NCBI GenBank assembly: GCA_032249315.1
Contig: JAVVGB010000003.1
Span: 19,099-51,098 of the forward strand
Length of the DNA: 32,000 nt
Reading direction: 5' to 3'
Source of the DNA: Thermoproteota archaeon
GTDB lineage: Archaea > Thermoproteota > Thermoprotei > Gearchaeales > Gearchaeaceae
This document shows, one piece after another, positions 17,505-28,734 of this stretch; within the stretch, counting starts at the first letter, position 1, and each line of letters starts with the position of its first letter. The position numbers and the translations under genes are program-made. Below the pieces are notes generated by a model that was not told where the DNA came from, ran no database searches, and was given only the letters and a program-made list of their open reading frames with translations.

Positions 17505-17601
17505 CGCCGGGAGTGGGATTCGAACCCACGAGGGGAAAAATCCCCACAGGCTCTCAAGGCCTGCGCCTTGTCCACTAGGCTTTCGGGAATTTTATCCCGG
17601 C
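17505..17601 (-). tRNA. tRNA-Ser(UGA), class II, with a 12-nt non-canonical insert between acceptor stem and D stem; mature length 85 nt; CCA not encoded
   Basis: Minus strand: GCCGGGA-U[AAAAUUCCCGAA]A-GCCU-AGUGGACA-AGGC-G-CAGGC-CUUGAGA-GCCUG-UGGGGAUUUUUCCCCUC-GUGGG-UUCGAAU-CCCAC-UCCCGGC-G. Its stems are nearly identical to tRNA-Ser(GGA) at 288-372. Confidence 0.8.
17582..17593 (-). other. Putative 12-nt tRNA intron at position 8/9 (relaxed BHB: central helix plus 3' bulge, with the 5' site in the terminal loop)
   Basis: CGGG (17596-17599) pairs with CCCG (17584-17587). The flanking trinucleotides are AU|A and AA|A. Cutting after the 2nd nucleotide of each removes 12 nt and leaves U8-A9 before the D stem. 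Confidence 0.5.
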
Positions 17602-17630
17602 TAATTTCCCGGCAATATTATTAATAATAG

Positions 17631-17640
17631 AAATATAAAA
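17631..17640 (-). promoter_or_regulatory. Candidate TATA box (TTTTATATTT on the minus strand) for tRNA-Ser(UGA)
   Basis: It is centred about 22 nt upstream of the first GCCGGGA copy (17613) and about 34 nt upstream of the second (17601). Confidence 0.3.
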
Positions 17641-17671
17641 TAAATCTAAATATAAATGCAAACCATAAAAC

Positions 17672-17980
17672 TTACTTTATATTTATTGAAATTTTTACGT
17701 TAGGAGGTAATTTTATTCTTGCTAACTGTCTTACCATATATTCTGTAGCAAGCACATCAATTACTCTTTTATGAATTCTTAATTCCCATCGATCAAAGGT
17801 ATGAGTACCGTCTCCACAAGGGGTTTTTCTAGTAACAACTTTTAACCTCTTTGTCGGTAACGGTATCGGTCCAGCTATTCTTGCATTCAAACTATCTGCT
17901 AGCTCTTTTATTTCTTTAGCTACTCTTTCTAATTCTTCCACATTTGTGGCTGTCAAAAAAATTCTTGCTATTCTAGGCAT
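17672..17980 (-). CDS. rps10: 30S ribosomal protein uS10
   Basis: 102 aa, ARIFLTATNVEELERV...GPIPLPTKRL; lies immediately after EF-1alpha. Confidence 0.92.
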   Translation of the reverse strand: MPRIARIFLTATNVEELERVAKEIKELADSLNARIAGPIPLPTKRLKVVTRKTPCGDGTHTFDRWELRIHKRVIDVLATEYMVRQLARIKLPPNVKISINIK

Positions 17981-19281
17981 TAAATTTTAGCCGGCTCAAC
18001 GTCCAATACTACTCCTGCAGCTATTGTTCTACCCATATCACGTATAGCAAATCTGCCTAAAGCTGGAAATTCAGAATATTTCTCAACTATTACTGGTCTA
18101 ATAGGTCTTAGTTTAACTATAGCTGCGTCTCCTTGTTTTATAAATTTAGGATTTTCTTCTATCGTTGCGCCTGTCCTTATATCCAGTTTCTTTTGTATTT
18201 CTTCAAATTTTGTAGCTACTGTAGCTGTATGAATATGCATTACAGGAGTATAGCCTACTGCAATAGATGTTGGGTGGTAAATTACAAAAATTCTTGCTAT
18301 AAAGGAATTTGCTACTGTAGGAGGATTGCTAACATGACCTACTACATCTCCTCTTTTTACATCTTCTTTAGCTATTCCTTTAATGTTAAAGCCTATGTTA
18401 TCGCCAGGTAACGCTTCTTGAATTGGTGTATGATGAGTTTCTATTGATCTAACCTCACCTTTCTTACCTGAAGGCATCACAACAACAGTATCTCCAACTC
18501 TTAATCTGCCACTTTCAACTTTACCTACAGGAACTGTACCAACCCCTGTTATTGAATACACTGCTTCTATAGGAATTCTTAAAGGTTTATCTACAGGTCT
18601 TGGAGGGATTATAAATTCATCTAATGCTTCGACTAGAGTAGGGCCTGTATACCATGGCGTATTTTTACTTCTTTCTATTAAGTTATCACCGTACCATGCA
18701 GATATTGGAACAACCCTAATTTTATCAACAGGATAACCTAATTGTTTTAGTAAATCTAAAATTCCTTTTTTAACTTCCTCATACCTTTCTTTACTATAAT
18801 TTACTGAAGGATCGTCCATTTTATTAATTGCAATTACTAATTGGTTCACGCCCATAGTTCTTAAAAGGAAAGCATGTTCTCTTGTTTGTCCGGTTGCTCC
18901 TATGCCTGCTTCAAATTCTCCTTTTTTAGCTGAAACAACCAATATTGCTGCATCTGCTTGAGAAGCTCCGGTAACCATATTTTTAACGAAATCTCTATGC
19001 CCTGGAGCGTCTATGATCGTAAAGAAGTATTTCTTTGTTTCAAATTTTAAGAAAGTTAAATCGATCGTCATATCTCTTTCTCTTTCCTCTTTATAAGTAT
19101 CGAGTATCCATGCATATTTAGCAAATTCTTTACCTCTTTTCTTTGCTTCTTCTTCAATCTCTTTTAACTTTTTTTGGTCTACAACACCTAGTTCATATAA
19201 AAGATGACCTGTAGTAGTACTTTTACCATGGTCTACGTGTCCTGCCACTATTAAATTAAGATGCGGTTTCTTTTCCGACAT
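17980..19281 (-). CDS. tuf: Translation elongation factor EF-1alpha (aEF1A)
   Basis: 433 aa with GTPase motifs GHVDHGKST, DAPGHRDF and NKMD. Confidence 0.97.
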   Translation of the reverse strand: MSEKKPHLNLIVAGHVDHGKSTTTGHLLYELGVVDQKKLKEIEEEAKKRGKEFAKYAWILDTYKEERERDMTIDLTFLKFETKKYFFTIIDAPGHRDFVKNMVTGASQADAAILVVSAKKGEFEAGIGATGQTREHAFLLRTMGVNQLVIAINKMDDPSVNYSKERYEEVKKGILDLLKQLGYPVDKIRVVPISAWYGDNLIERSKNTPWYTGPTLVEALDEFIIPPRPVDKPLRIPIEAVYSITGVGTVPVGKVESGRLRVGDTVVVMPSGKKGEVRSIETHHTPIQEALPGDNIGFNIKGIAKEDVKRGDVVGHVSNPPTVANSFIARIFVIYHPTSIAVGYTPVMHIHTATVATKFEEIQKKLDIRTGATIEENPKFIKQGDAAIVKLRPIRPVIVEKYSEFPALGRFAIRDMGRTIAAGVVLDVEPAKI

Positions 19282-19330
19282 ATGAACTTAGAAAAATATT
19301 ATGTTTTTAGATTTATAAATATTTTTAGTT

Positions 19331-19909
19331 TTATCTTGATGATAACGCTATCCTTTCTACTTCTTCTTTTTTCTTTATAGCATAAGATTCAGGACTATTT
19401 TGAGCTGCTAATATTATTTCATCAGCTAAACTTTCTTCTATAGGTTTTGGTTTGTTAAACGAAGATAAACGTGCTCCTTCACAAATCCATCTTAACGCCA
19501 AATCTACTCTTCTTTGTGGAGCGACATCTACAGCAACATGATATACAATACCACCAAGTAATATTCTTGTTGTTGCTTCTCTTGGAGCTACATTTTCTAT
19601 AGCATTAACTAATACTTGTATTGGATTCATTTTTGTTTTTAATTCAATTATAGTAAAAGCTTTTCTGACAATATTTAAAGCTTTGATTTTTTTACCTTGA
19701 TTTCTACCTTTCTTCATTAAATGATTTGCCAATCTTTCATAAATAGGCATATTTGACTTACCAAATCTTTTATTTGCATATATTCCACTTGTGGTAGGTG
19801 CATGTAAAGCAGACAAATTAATATATTTTACTAAACTGATATCATTAACTTTTACGTCTTTAGTACTCCATTTATTAAATACTAAAATTTCTTTTTGAGC
19901 TAATACCAT
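19331..19909 (-). CDS. rps7: 30S ribosomal protein uS7
   Basis: 192-aa ORF between uS12 and EF-1alpha, with an archaeal S7-like sequence. Confidence 0.92.
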   Translation of the reverse strand: MVLAQKEILVFNKWSTKDVKVNDISLVKYINLSALHAPTTSGIYANKRFGKSNMPIYERLANHLMKKGRNQGKKIKALNIVRKAFTIIELKTKMNPIQVLVNAIENVAPREATTRILLGGIVYHVAVDVAPQRRVDLALRWICEGARLSSFNKPKPIEESLADEIILAAQNSPESYAIKKKEEVERIALSSR

Positions 19910-19911
19910 TT

Positions 19912-20352
19912 TTATCTTTGTGGTTTTTGTTTTTTACCCTTTAAAATTTCGCTTAACGCAACACCATTTACTTTTACCACTTTCCATCTTACACCAGGTA
20001 AGTCACCGTAAGCTCTTCCTTGAGGGCCTCCAATACCCTCTACAATAACCTCATCATGTTCACTAATTATATTCAAAGCTCCATCCTTAGGTACAAAAGC
20101 TGTTATTTGCTTTCCGTTTTTTACAAGTTGTACTCTTACACATTTTCTTACAGCTGAATTTGGTTGTCTTGATTCTACTCCTACTTTCTCAATAACTATA
20201 CCTCTTGCTTGCGGAGCACCCTCCAAAGGATCATACTTTTCTTTTAATCTTAGCAATCTTCTTTTATATTCTATCTTACTCCATCTAAATTTTTGCCTTT
20301 TTTTCCTTAATTTCCTAGCAGCAAATAAACCTAATGGAGATTTTTTACCCAT
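19912..20352 (-). CDS. rps12: 30S ribosomal protein uS12
   Basis: 146 aa with [14 protein letters not shown] and YGDLPGVR. Confidence 0.95.
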   Translation of the reverse strand: MGKKSPLGLFAARKLRKKRQKFRWSKIEYKRRLLRLKEKYDPLEGAPQARGIVIEKVGVESRQPNSAVRKCVRVQLVKNGKQITAFVPKDGALNIISEHDEVIVEGIGGPQGRAYGDLPGVRWKVVKVNGVALSEILKGKKQKPQR

Positions 20353-20384
20353 GATAAAGATAATATAAGTTAATATTTTTAAAT

Positions 20385-20822
20385 TTAAACAACAATAACA
20401 TTGCTTATTTCAAAATATCTTTTTGATATTATTCTGGCTCTTCCTACATTTTTACCCTTATATCCTATCACTTTAGCTTTAATCTCAGGATCAACATATA
20501 CTAATGCATATTTATTTCCTTTTGGATTGGTTATAATTTTTACATCTTGGATCTCAAAAGGAGAAAAACAACTTTTTATTAATTCTATAGGGTCTTCATA
20601 GTATGGAATTATTTCGGTATCTCTTTTAATTATTTTCTTTAATAATTGCACATTTTCTCCATTTTTACCTATTGCAAGGCCAACATATTTAGGTTCAACC
20701 AAAAAAATCACTCTATTAAAATTATCATCTATTATACAATCTTTAGCTTTAACAGAAGTTGTTAATTCAAAAATATTTAAAAACTCTAACTCAGTATTAG
20801 ACAAATTGATGCCTTCTTTCAT
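20385..20822 (-). CDS. nusA: Archaeal NusA-like protein (two KH domains)
   Basis: 145 aa with two GxxG-type KH signatures ([17 protein letters not shown]). It lies in the conserved slot between L30e and S12. Confidence 0.85.
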   Translation of the reverse strand: MKEGINLSNTELEFLNIFELTTSVKAKDCIIDDNFNRVIFLVEPKYVGLAIGKNGENVQLLKKIIKRDTEIIPYYEDPIELIKSCFSPFEIQDVKIITNPKGNKYALVYVDPEIKAKVIGYKGKNVGRARIISKRYFEISNVIVV

Positions 20823-20825
20823 ATT

Positions 20826-21137
20826 CTAAGTCTTAAATAATTCAAAAATATTAGATTCACCAGGAGAAATTATAGCTATTGAAGTTATCGGAAACTTTTT
20901 ACCACATAAATTACCCAATTCTATACTGCTACCATTAAAAATGTATACTGGTGTTTCAGCTAATTTTGCATAGTAGAGAATTTTTGAATATATTTCCTTA
21001 GGTATTTTAGAAGCTAATATTATTCCTAATACTTTTTTATGATAAAGGGCATCCAATACCTCTTTGAAACCATAATAACATTTTCCTGTTTTTAACAATA
21101 ATTTTAGTTCTTTTTCAAGATCCACCATGGCTTTCAA
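20826..21137 (-). CDS. rpl30e: 50S ribosomal protein eL30
   Basis: 103-aa L7Ae/L30e-fold ORF in the conserved slot after rpoA''. Confidence 0.85.
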   Translation of the reverse strand: MKAMVDLEKELKLLLKTGKCYYGFKEVLDALYHKKVLGIILASKIPKEIYSKILYYAKLAETPVYIFNGSSIELGNLCGKKFPITSIAIISPGESNIFELFKT

Positions 21138-22332
21138 TTCCTACTAAATTAAGATATTTTTCTATATCTAAATAAGTTTTAATTATTGCAGTGCCTGTGG
21201 GAATATATTGACCAGCGATTATGTTTTCTGCTATTCCTTTAAGATTTTCATGCTCGCCACGAGCTGCAGCTTCAAATAGATGTTTAGTGGTTATTTCGAA
21301 AGCAGCTTTTGCTAATGGGCTACTTTTAATACCTACCACTCCGTGTCTACCTATCTGTCTAATTTTACCTGTTCTTGTAATCATATCAGCTAAAAGCATT
21401 ATATGTTTAACATTTACATCAAGAGCTTGTTCTTCAAGTAATTTCATCGATTCTTTTATAATGAGGTTCCGAGCTGCTTCTATTCCTAATATACTATAAA
21501 CTTCAAAAATGTCATTAGTATAAACCCTCCTCTTATCTACTTCCTCAATACTTAAGATTTCCTTTAAGTTTGATCCTTCAGCTTCTATTATATATTCTTC
21601 TTTGCCATCTTCAAGCGTAATTTTTCTAACCATAGTTCGTCTTATCTTAGGCACACCTTTTAACCTTATTTTTAAAATTTTTTCCCTTAGCTTATATAAT
21701 TGTGATACATTTAACGGTTTTTTAGCTTTGATTTTAATCGCATTTAATTTTTTAGATAAATGTACATCTACACCTTTAATTTGATTAATAGCTTTTAGGA
21801 TTGTATCAAAAGAGATATTTCGTTCCTTTATTATATTAGGATTCAAATAAAGCGTGATCGTAGATTCTAAGATATCTGAATCATATTTTTCTATAAGATC
21901 ACCAACAAATAATTCTTCAATTTTCTTTGCTATTTCATAAGCTTTTTTAAAACTTTGGCAGTAAGGTTGTTTTAAGGGTATGCGCATAATAGGTGTAGAA
22001 GGCCTCTTTCTTGCATCAAAAATTTCAATTAAACGAGGTAAACCTAAAGTTACATTTAATTCTTTAACACCTACAAAGTGAAATGTACGTAAAGTCATTT
22101 GGGTACCTGGTTCTCCTATACTTTGGGCTGTTACTACACCTATGTTTTCTCCAGGATGGATCTGTGCCTTATTATAACTTTCTATTACTTTTTTAATTAT
22201 TCTTCTTACCACCTTATTCCTAAGCTTTTTATATTTTTTTAATTCATCTTTAAGTTTTTCTATAACATATTCGGAAATTCCTTCGTTCCTTAATTTTTTA
22301 ATATAATATTTAGACAGTTTCATTTTCCACAA
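21115..22332 (-). CDS. rpoA2: DNA-directed RNA polymerase subunit A'' (Rpo1C)
   Basis: 405 aa matching the C-terminal third of the largest subunit ([14 protein letters not shown]...). It overlaps the rpoA' stop. The ATG at 22323 is an alternative start. Confidence 0.93.
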   Translation of the reverse strand: MWKMKLSKYYIKKLRNEGISEYVIEKLKDELKKYKKLRNKVVRRIIKKVIESYNKAQIHPGENIGVVTAQSIGEPGTQMTLRTFHFVGVKELNVTLGLPRLIEIFDARKRPSTPIMRIPLKQPYCQSFKKAYEIAKKIEELFVGDLIEKYDSDILESTITLYLNPNIIKERNISFDTILKAINQIKGVDVHLSKKLNAIKIKAKKPLNVSQLYKLREKILKIRLKGVPKIRRTMVRKITLEDGKEEYIIEAEGSNLKEILSIEEVDKRRVYTNDIFEVYSILGIEAARNLIIKESMKLLEEQALDVNVKHIMLLADMITRTGKIRQIGRHGVVGIKSSPLAKAAFEITTKHLFEAAARGEHENLKGIAENIIAGQYIPTGTAIIKTYLDIEKYLNLVGIESHGGS

Positions 22333-24913
22333 CTTCTTTTACTATATCATTTACATCAATTGGATCATGCCAGACACTCATACTTGGATCTACACCATCT
22401 TCCCCATATAAAAATTGAATTATATTTCCTTCAGCATCTTTAACAGTTCCGTCATAATCTACATAAACATCTAATAACGCATTGATCAATCTTCGTTGCA
22501 TATACCCACTTTGGGAAGTTCTTACTGCAGTGTCCACCAAACCTTCTCTGCCAGAAACTGCATGAATGAAAAACTCTATTGGAGTTAGACCAATTTTATA
22601 ATTACTCTTTATAAAACCTTTTGCGAAAGCCCCTAAATCTCCTTTATTGAAATGAGCTAAAATTCTTCCTTCATATCCTCTTGACATTCTTTTACCTCTT
22701 AATGTTTGTTGTCCAATACAAACAGACATATGAATAAGATTTAGCATTTTACCCCTTGCTCCTGTTTTAGCGGTGATCAAGATAGAATTATCTTTGGAGA
22801 AATATTTTTCTGCAAATCTTCCTGCCTCATCTCTAGCTAAATTTAATTCATCTATTATTTTTTGTTCTAAAGTATCTTCCAATGTAGAACCAGGTTCTCT
22901 TTCCAATTTTCCTTTCTTATATAACTCTATATATTCATTAACTTTTTCAACATGTTTATTGATTATTTTTTCTATTTCTTTATATGCTTCTTTTGGCAAA
23001 TCTTCTTCATCAAGACCTATTGTAAAACCATAATGATCTAAGAAAAATACCAATGCCCAACCCAATTTATTTAAGAAATCTTTGGTTTTCTCAGGTCCAT
23101 ATTTTAAGTATATTTTATGTAATAGCGTCTTGGCTTTTTGATCTCCAATAGCATTATGATCAATAACTCCTTTCAATATTTTACCTTTTTTTATAACTAA
23201 ATCTTTGTCTTCTTCTCTAAAAGCTGCCAAACATTTTCCTTCATAATTTATCTCAGGTAAGAAAAATTCGAATATTTCCTTACCTAAATATTCATCCTTC
23301 ACCAATTTTTCTTTATACTCTGAATGAGCAAGTATAGAAGCTGTTAAGAATTTATTTAATTTTGTTTGTCTATTTGTTAACAAATATGAAGCTGTAATAT
23401 AATCATGTAAAGCGCCTATTATCATACCGCCATATCTAGGTGTTACCATTTGCTTTTCTACTTTCATTATTACTTCTAACTCACTTTTTGCTTCTTCGTC
23501 TTGAGGAACAAATAAATTCATTTCGTCACCATCAAAATCGGCATTATAGGGTGGACAAACTAAAGGATGAATTCTGAATGTTTTATATGGAAGAACTTTA
23601 ACACGATGTGCCATCATTGACATTCTATGCAGAGAAGGCTGTCTATTAAATATAACAAGATCTCCATCCTTTAAATGTCTCTCAACAATATAGTTTAAAG
23701 TAAGCTGTTGCGCTAATTGATTTCTGTCTTTTACAAAACGTAAATCTATTTGACGACCTTCTGGCGTTATAACATAATTTGCACCTGGATGAGCATCAGG
23801 ACCATTTATTACATATGTTTGAAGTTCCTTTAAATTCCAACTTGTAACTTTTACAGGTATAGTTAGCCTTTTAGCAATTTCATATGGTACACCTACTTCA
23901 TCGATACTTATATATGGATCTGGTGAAATCACAGTTCTTGCAGAAAAGTCGACTCTTTTACCTGAAAGGTTACCTCTGAATCTTCCCTCTTTACCCTTTA
24001 ACCTTTGGGCTAAGGTTTTTAATGGTCTACCTGATCTATGAATTGAAGGTGAAGCACCTGCTATTTCGTTATCGAAGTAGGTAGCTACATGAAACTGTAA
24101 AAGATTCCAATGTTCATCTATTATTAACTGTGGAGAGGCTGAGTCTATACTTTGTTTTAATTTTTCATTTGTCCTTACAATATCTCCAAGCTTATGGGTT
24201 AGGTCATCTTCGGATCTTTCACCTGTTTCCAAAGTAATGGATGGTCTAATAATTATTGGAGGAACAGGTAAAGAGAATAAAATGGTCGATTCAGGTCTTG
24301 AATAAGGCGGATCAAATCCCAATAGCCTAGCTTCCTCATCACTAATCTTCCTTAACCTTTCGTATATATCAAAAGGAGTTAATGGTCTAGGTATTTTTTC
24401 TCTTTCTTCGTAAAAATAATATGGCCTTTCAAATTTTATTTTAGGCTGAATAGATTTACAGTGAGGACATGTTTCAATTTGAGAAGCACGTTTTATTACT
24501 AAATTAATTATTAAATTTGCTAATAAAGTAAGATTCTGCTGCTTAAACTTATCTAGTAATTTTTTATATTTTTCGATTCTTGCATCATCTAATAACAGTC
24601 TATTACAATTAGCACACGTGGCTTGTAAAGAATTTAAAATATTCTTAGTAAAGCCAATATGAATAACTGGCCTTGCCAAATCTATTCTACCAAAATGTCC
24701 TGGGCATTGATCTATCTTACCACCACAAGTATCACAACTTTGACCTGGTTCTAAAGTTCCTAATTTTTTATCCATAAGACCAAAGGGTATGGGAGTCCAT
24801 TCTTCATCATAAGTATCAGGAACGGTAACAGCTACAACTGATAACCTTCTAATTTGTTCTTGTGAAAGTATTCCAAATTTGATACCACCAATAATATATT
24901 CTTCTATTTCCAT
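22310..24913 (-). CDS. rpoA1: DNA-directed RNA polymerase subunit A' (Rpo1N)
   Basis: 867 aa with the N-terminal zinc motif [16 protein letters not shown] and the catalytic [10 protein letters not shown]. Confidence 0.97.
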   Translation of the reverse strand: MEIEEYIIGGIKFGILSQEQIRRLSVVAVTVPDTYDEEWTPIPFGLMDKKLGTLEPGQSCDTCGGKIDQCPGHFGRIDLARPVIHIGFTKNILNSLQATCANCNRLLLDDARIEKYKKLLDKFKQQNLTLLANLIINLVIKRASQIETCPHCKSIQPKIKFERPYYFYEEREKIPRPLTPFDIYERLRKISDEEARLLGFDPPYSRPESTILFSLPVPPIIIRPSITLETGERSEDDLTHKLGDIVRTNEKLKQSIDSASPQLIIDEHWNLLQFHVATYFDNEIAGASPSIHRSGRPLKTLAQRLKGKEGRFRGNLSGKRVDFSARTVISPDPYISIDEVGVPYEIAKRLTIPVKVTSWNLKELQTYVINGPDAHPGANYVITPEGRQIDLRFVKDRNQLAQQLTLNYIVERHLKDGDLVIFNRQPSLHRMSMMAHRVKVLPYKTFRIHPLVCPPYNADFDGDEMNLFVPQDEEAKSELEVIMKVEKQMVTPRYGGMIIGALHDYITASYLLTNRQTKLNKFLTASILAHSEYKEKLVKDEYLGKEIFEFFLPEINYEGKCLAAFREEDKDLVIKKGKILKGVIDHNAIGDQKAKTLLHKIYLKYGPEKTKDFLNKLGWALVFFLDHYGFTIGLDEEDLPKEAYKEIEKIINKHVEKVNEYIELYKKGKLEREPGSTLEDTLEQKIIDELNLARDEAGRFAEKYFSKDNSILITAKTGARGKMLNLIHMSVCIGQQTLRGKRMSRGYEGRILAHFNKGDLGAFAKGFIKSNYKIGLTPIEFFIHAVSGREGLVDTAVRTSQSGYMQRRLINALLDVYVDYDGTVKDAEGNIIQFLYGEDGVDPSMSVWHDPIDVNDIVKEVVENETV

Positions 24914-27900
24914 TTTTTAACCACCTCTTCTACAATTATACGCGGCATAATGCACATGCTCATTAATTCTTGCAATAATAACTTAAACGCATAAGCTGTT
25001 TTAACTTTTGCCATATCATTATGCGGACCACAGAAATGACATGTCGTAACATTTCTTTTGAAATCAAAATAAGCTAAAGCATTGCATTTCTTACAAACAT
25101 AAATATACGTTGGATCAGATGCTTCGAGCAATCTATCTTTTAATGAAGCTGATGCACCGTGAGCAATTAAACAGTCTCTTTCCATTTCTCCAAAACGTAA
25201 CCCTCCTTCTCTTGCTCTACCTTCTGTAGGTTGTCTAGTAAGTATTTGAACAGGACCTCTTCCTCTTGCATGAATTTTATCACTCACCATATGATGCAGT
25301 TTCTGATAATAAACTATTCCAATAAAAATCTCTGCTATCATTTTCTCTCCAGTTAACCCGTTATACATGACCTCTTTACCTGTAGACTTAAAACCATATC
25401 TTTCCAACTCTTTTCTAATAAAATCTTCTTTAACATTTTCAAAAGGTGTACCATCTACTTGTTTAGCTGCTATTGCTGCATATTTACCTGCTATTGTTTC
25501 AAGTAATTGACCTACAGTCATTCTTGAAGGAATTGCATGCGGATTAATTATTAAATCAGGTATTATTCCGCTTTCAGTAAAAGGCATATCTTCTTGGTTT
25601 AAAAGTATACCTATTACTCCTTTTTGCCCATGCCTTGATGCAAATTTATCTCCAATTTCAGGTATTCTTTCATCCCTTACACGAACTCTAACCAAAACGT
25701 TACCTTCTATAGTATTACTTAGCAATACGGTATCTACAACTCCCTTTTCTTCATGTCTTAATGTCACAGAAGTATCTCTACGAGCTGCAGGACCAAACTC
25801 TTTAAATTCTTCAGCGAATCTGGGTGGGCTAGTTTTACCTATTAGAACATCTCCTCCTTTTACTTCCACTTCAGGCAATATTACACCATCATCTTCAAGT
25901 TTTGAATAAAATTCATGGGAATAATATCCTCTTACACCTGGCTGAGGTATTTCTATATGATCGCTTTCTCCTCCTGCATATCTATGCTCTTCTGCTTCAT
26001 ACAATCTCATAAACAATGACCTAGCCAAACCTCTATCTACAGCTGATTTGCTTATTATTACAGCATCTTGTATATTATAGCCTGTATAAGATAATACTGC
26101 AACAACCATATTTTGACCTGTAGGTCTCTTCTCTAATCCTATTAATTTTAACGGTTTAGTATAAACTAAAGGTACTTGTGGATAATAAAGTAGATGAAAA
26201 CGAGTATATGCTGTTCTATGAATATTTGATACCGGTAAACCTAATGCTTGCTTACCCATAGCTGCTTGAAAAGTATTCCTTGGAGAATGATTATGTTCAG
26301 CATATGGTATTATTGAGGCAACAACTCCAAATAATGTTGCTGGTGGAAATTCAGCATAATTATGTTCCTTTGTTATCGAATTAATATCTATACTAATATA
26401 GGCATTTTCTTCCTCTTCTGCATCAAGATATTCCACTGCATACCCAACAAGATCACTCCAGCTTAATTCTCCACGTTTTACCATTTCTACATATTGCTTT
26501 GTTAATTTTAGTTTTCCATTTTCTACTATTAGTAAAGGCCTTAATACTCGACCACCATCGGTATTAATGTATACCTCATTCCCAGCAGGCTTTTTATATA
26601 ATACAACATTTACCTCGAAACTAAGCTCAGCTTCTGAAAAAGGCGATTTCTTTCTTCTTAATTTTCTTAAATTATTAACTAATAATTCAGGATTTTTATG
26701 CTTCCCTACCAGCTCACCATCAACATAAACAGGAGTTAAATCTTCTCCTTTTTCTGTAGGAGGTAAAAGTCCTAATTTGCTTTTTAAAATTTCTTTTACC
26801 CTTTCAGCATGCCCTCCTACAGAAATCCTTGCAAGTAAAGCTAAATTTTTAACTAAACCACAATTAGGACCTTCAGGGGTCTCTATAGGACAAATCCTTC
26901 CCCATTGAGTAAAGTGCAAATCTCGAGCTTCAAAATGAGGCTGGGTTCTACTTAACGGTGAAACACATCTTCTTAAATGACTTAGTGTAGATAAATAATT
27001 TGTTCTATCAAGAAGTTGACTAACACCAGTTTTTCCTCCTACCCAATTTCCTGTTGCTAAAGCATATAGTATTTTTTCCGTTATTATATCAGTTCTTATT
27101 AAATTACTTAAATCAGCGAAAGCTGTTTTTTCACGAGTTTTTGAAAGCGTTTTTTCAATTTGATATTGTAAATCTTTAATAAATTGTTTAAACACGCTTC
27201 TAAATAATATAGCCAACAAATCTCCTGCAAGCTTTAATCTTTTATTTTTATAATGATCCTTATCATCTAATGGAACCAAACCTAAATATGCTTCTATTAC
27301 TTTTCTAGCCATTTGAGCTAAAAACTGAGCTTTAGCTAACCTTTTATCTTTAGTTGTTCCAAGATGAGGTAAAAAGTTTTTATCAAGAACATTTTCTGCA
27401 GCTTCTTTTCTTTTTTCTAAAGGTCTTCCGTGAGCTATTCTATTACCTATGTATTCTAACGCTTCATCCTCATTTCTAATTTTCTCAGCTTGGAATAATG
27501 AAACATAAAGTTCATTTACAATTTCAGGTTTTGTTGAGATAGCTTCTATAATTTCACTATCAGAAACTAAACCTAAAGCTCTTAACATTATCACCAATGG
27601 TATTTTAGCTGGGATGGCTGCGAATGAAACGTATAAAGAGCCGTCTCTGCGTCTCTCTACCAACATAGGTACTCTTTGACCTGGTGTTGCAGAAATGACT
27701 TTAGCTACATGTGTTGCAGAAGAACCTTTTTGAGCTGCTGTGACAATTATCCTATTTTCTGCCATATCTTCTTGTGCAATAAGCACTCTTTCGGAACCAT
27801 TAATGATAAAATAGCCTCCAGGATCTTCGGGATCTTCACCTAATGCTATTAATTCTTCTTTGCTAAGTTTAGAAAAATAACATATATCAGATTTAACCAT

Positions 27901-28293
27901 AACAGGCAGGTAACCAATTAAAAACTTACCTTTTTGCCTATTAATATGGTCCAATACTAATTCCATTTCAAGCATTAAGGGAGCTGAATAAGTTAAACCC
28001 CTAAGTCTACAGTCTGTGGGAGTAAGTTTAATTTCAAAACCTTTGGCTTCTTTAATTTTTGGTTCTTCAACAGTTATTTTACCTAAGATAATATAGCTTC
28101 CTTCCACAGCTTCTCTTTGTCCTGTTGTGGTTTTTATCATTATTTGAATAATTTTATTTTCATCGATAATCTGCTGTAGACCTTTTCTAATAAAATCGTT
28201 ATAAGAATCAAGATGTAATCTTGCTAAACCTTTTTCTTTTATAAAAGATTCTACTAGAACCCATAAATCTTCCCGTGTAATTTCCGTACTCAT
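24904..28293 (-). CDS. rpoB: DNA-directed RNA polymerase subunit B (Rpo2), unsplit
   Basis: A single 1129-aa ORF with [13 protein letters not shown] and the C-terminal zinc ribbon CKKCNALA...CHFCG. Confidence 0.97.
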   Translation of the reverse strand: MSTEITREDLWVLVESFIKEKGLARLHLDSYNDFIRKGLQQIIDENKIIQIMIKTTTGQREAVEGSYIILGKITVEEPKIKEAKGFEIKLTPTDCRLRGLTYSAPLMLEMELVLDHINRQKGKFLIGYLPVMVKSDICYFSKLSKEELIALGEDPEDPGGYFIINGSERVLIAQEDMAENRIIVTAAQKGSSATHVAKVISATPGQRVPMLVERRRDGSLYVSFAAIPAKIPLVIMLRALGLVSDSEIIEAISTKPEIVNELYVSLFQAEKIRNEDEALEYIGNRIAHGRPLEKRKEAAENVLDKNFLPHLGTTKDKRLAKAQFLAQMARKVIEAYLGLVPLDDKDHYKNKRLKLAGDLLAILFRSVFKQFIKDLQYQIEKTLSKTREKTAFADLSNLIRTDIITEKILYALATGNWVGGKTGVSQLLDRTNYLSTLSHLRRCVSPLSRTQPHFEARDLHFTQWGRICPIETPEGPNCGLVKNLALLARISVGGHAERVKEILKSKLGLLPPTEKGEDLTPVYVDGELVGKHKNPELLVNNLRKLRRKKSPFSEAELSFEVNVVLYKKPAGNEVYINTDGGRVLRPLLIVENGKLKLTKQYVEMVKRGELSWSDLVGYAVEYLDAEEEENAYISIDINSITKEHNYAEFPPATLFGVVASIIPYAEHNHSPRNTFQAAMGKQALGLPVSNIHRTAYTRFHLLYYPQVPLVYTKPLKLIGLEKRPTGQNMVVAVLSYTGYNIQDAVIISKSAVDRGLARSLFMRLYEAEEHRYAGGESDHIEIPQPGVRGYYSHEFYSKLEDDGVILPEVEVKGGDVLIGKTSPPRFAEEFKEFGPAARRDTSVTLRHEEKGVVDTVLLSNTIEGNVLVRVRVRDERIPEIGDKFASRHGQKGVIGILLNQEDMPFTESGIIPDLIINPHAIPSRMTVGQLLETIAGKYAAIAAKQVDGTPFENVKEDFIRKELERYGFKSTGKEVMYNGLTGEKMIAEIFIGIVYYQKLHHMVSDKIHARGRGPVQILTRQPTEGRAREGGLRFGEMERDCLIAHGASASLKDRLLEASDPTYIYVCKKCNALAYFDFKRNVTTCHFCGPHNDMAKVKTAYAFKLLLQELMSMCIMPRIIVEEVVKKWK

Positions 28294-28550
28294 GCTTCCC
28301 TCACCTTAATAGGTACAACATATCGATAAGCTACAGTTTTGCCTGCAGTAGGACTTTTTCTTATTATCATTATTACATCTCCTGGTTTAGCACCTATTCT
28401 TTTACAAACAGGATCCGATACTAATATCCATGGTAATTGATGGGGTTTAATGTTTAATTCCTTTAAAAGTTTTATTTTCTCTTTTTTGCTAAGTATAATA
28501 TGTTCTGGAACTAACTCATGCTCTAGAATATCAAAATTCTTCTTCCCCAT
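28290..28550 (-). CDS. rpoH: DNA-directed RNA polymerase subunit H (Rpo5)
   Basis: 86-aa [27 protein letters not shown]...; it overlaps rpoB by 4 nt (ATGA) and is first in the rpo operon. Confidence 0.9.
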   Translation of the reverse strand: MGKKNFDILEHELVPEHIILSKKEKIKLLKELNIKPHQLPWILVSDPVCKRIGAKPGDVIMIIRKSPTAGKTVAYRYVVPIKVREA

Positions 28551-28655
28551 TAATAATTGACTAATAAATATATATTAACTAATATAAAAAATTTCACCAC
28601 TGAAAAATTATTTATTTAAAGTAAATAAGAAAAATAAAATAATATAAGGTTTAAA

Positions 28656-28729
28656 GGGCGCGTAGCTCAGCCAGGAAGAGTATTGGGCTTTTAACCCAAG
28701 GGTCGCGGGTTCGAATCCCGCCGCGCCCG
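28656..28729 (+). tRNA. tRNA-Lys(UUU), 74 nt, no intron, CCA not encoded
   Basis: Manual cloverleaf: GGGCGCG-UA-GCUC-AGCCAGGAA-GAGU-A-UUGGG-CUUUUAA-CCCAA-GGGUC-GCGGG-UUCGAAU-CCCGC-CGCGCCC-G. Confidence 0.92.
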
Positions 28730-28734
28730 TATTA

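Noticed and set aside
2270-23033. Other plus-strand ORFs of 60-151 aa: 2270-2473, 2785-2970, 8598-8981, 10043-10228, 10795-11070, 12138-12329, 13524-13889, 14150-14344, 16150-16605, 16714-16923, 18133-18411, 20401-20601, 21221-21499, 21602-21784, 22773-23033; also 31705-31887
   Set aside because: Each lies antisense to a confidently identified, conserved minus-strand gene. None has a recognisable motif. All show the hydrophobic, low-complexity composition typical of antisense frames in AT-rich DNA.
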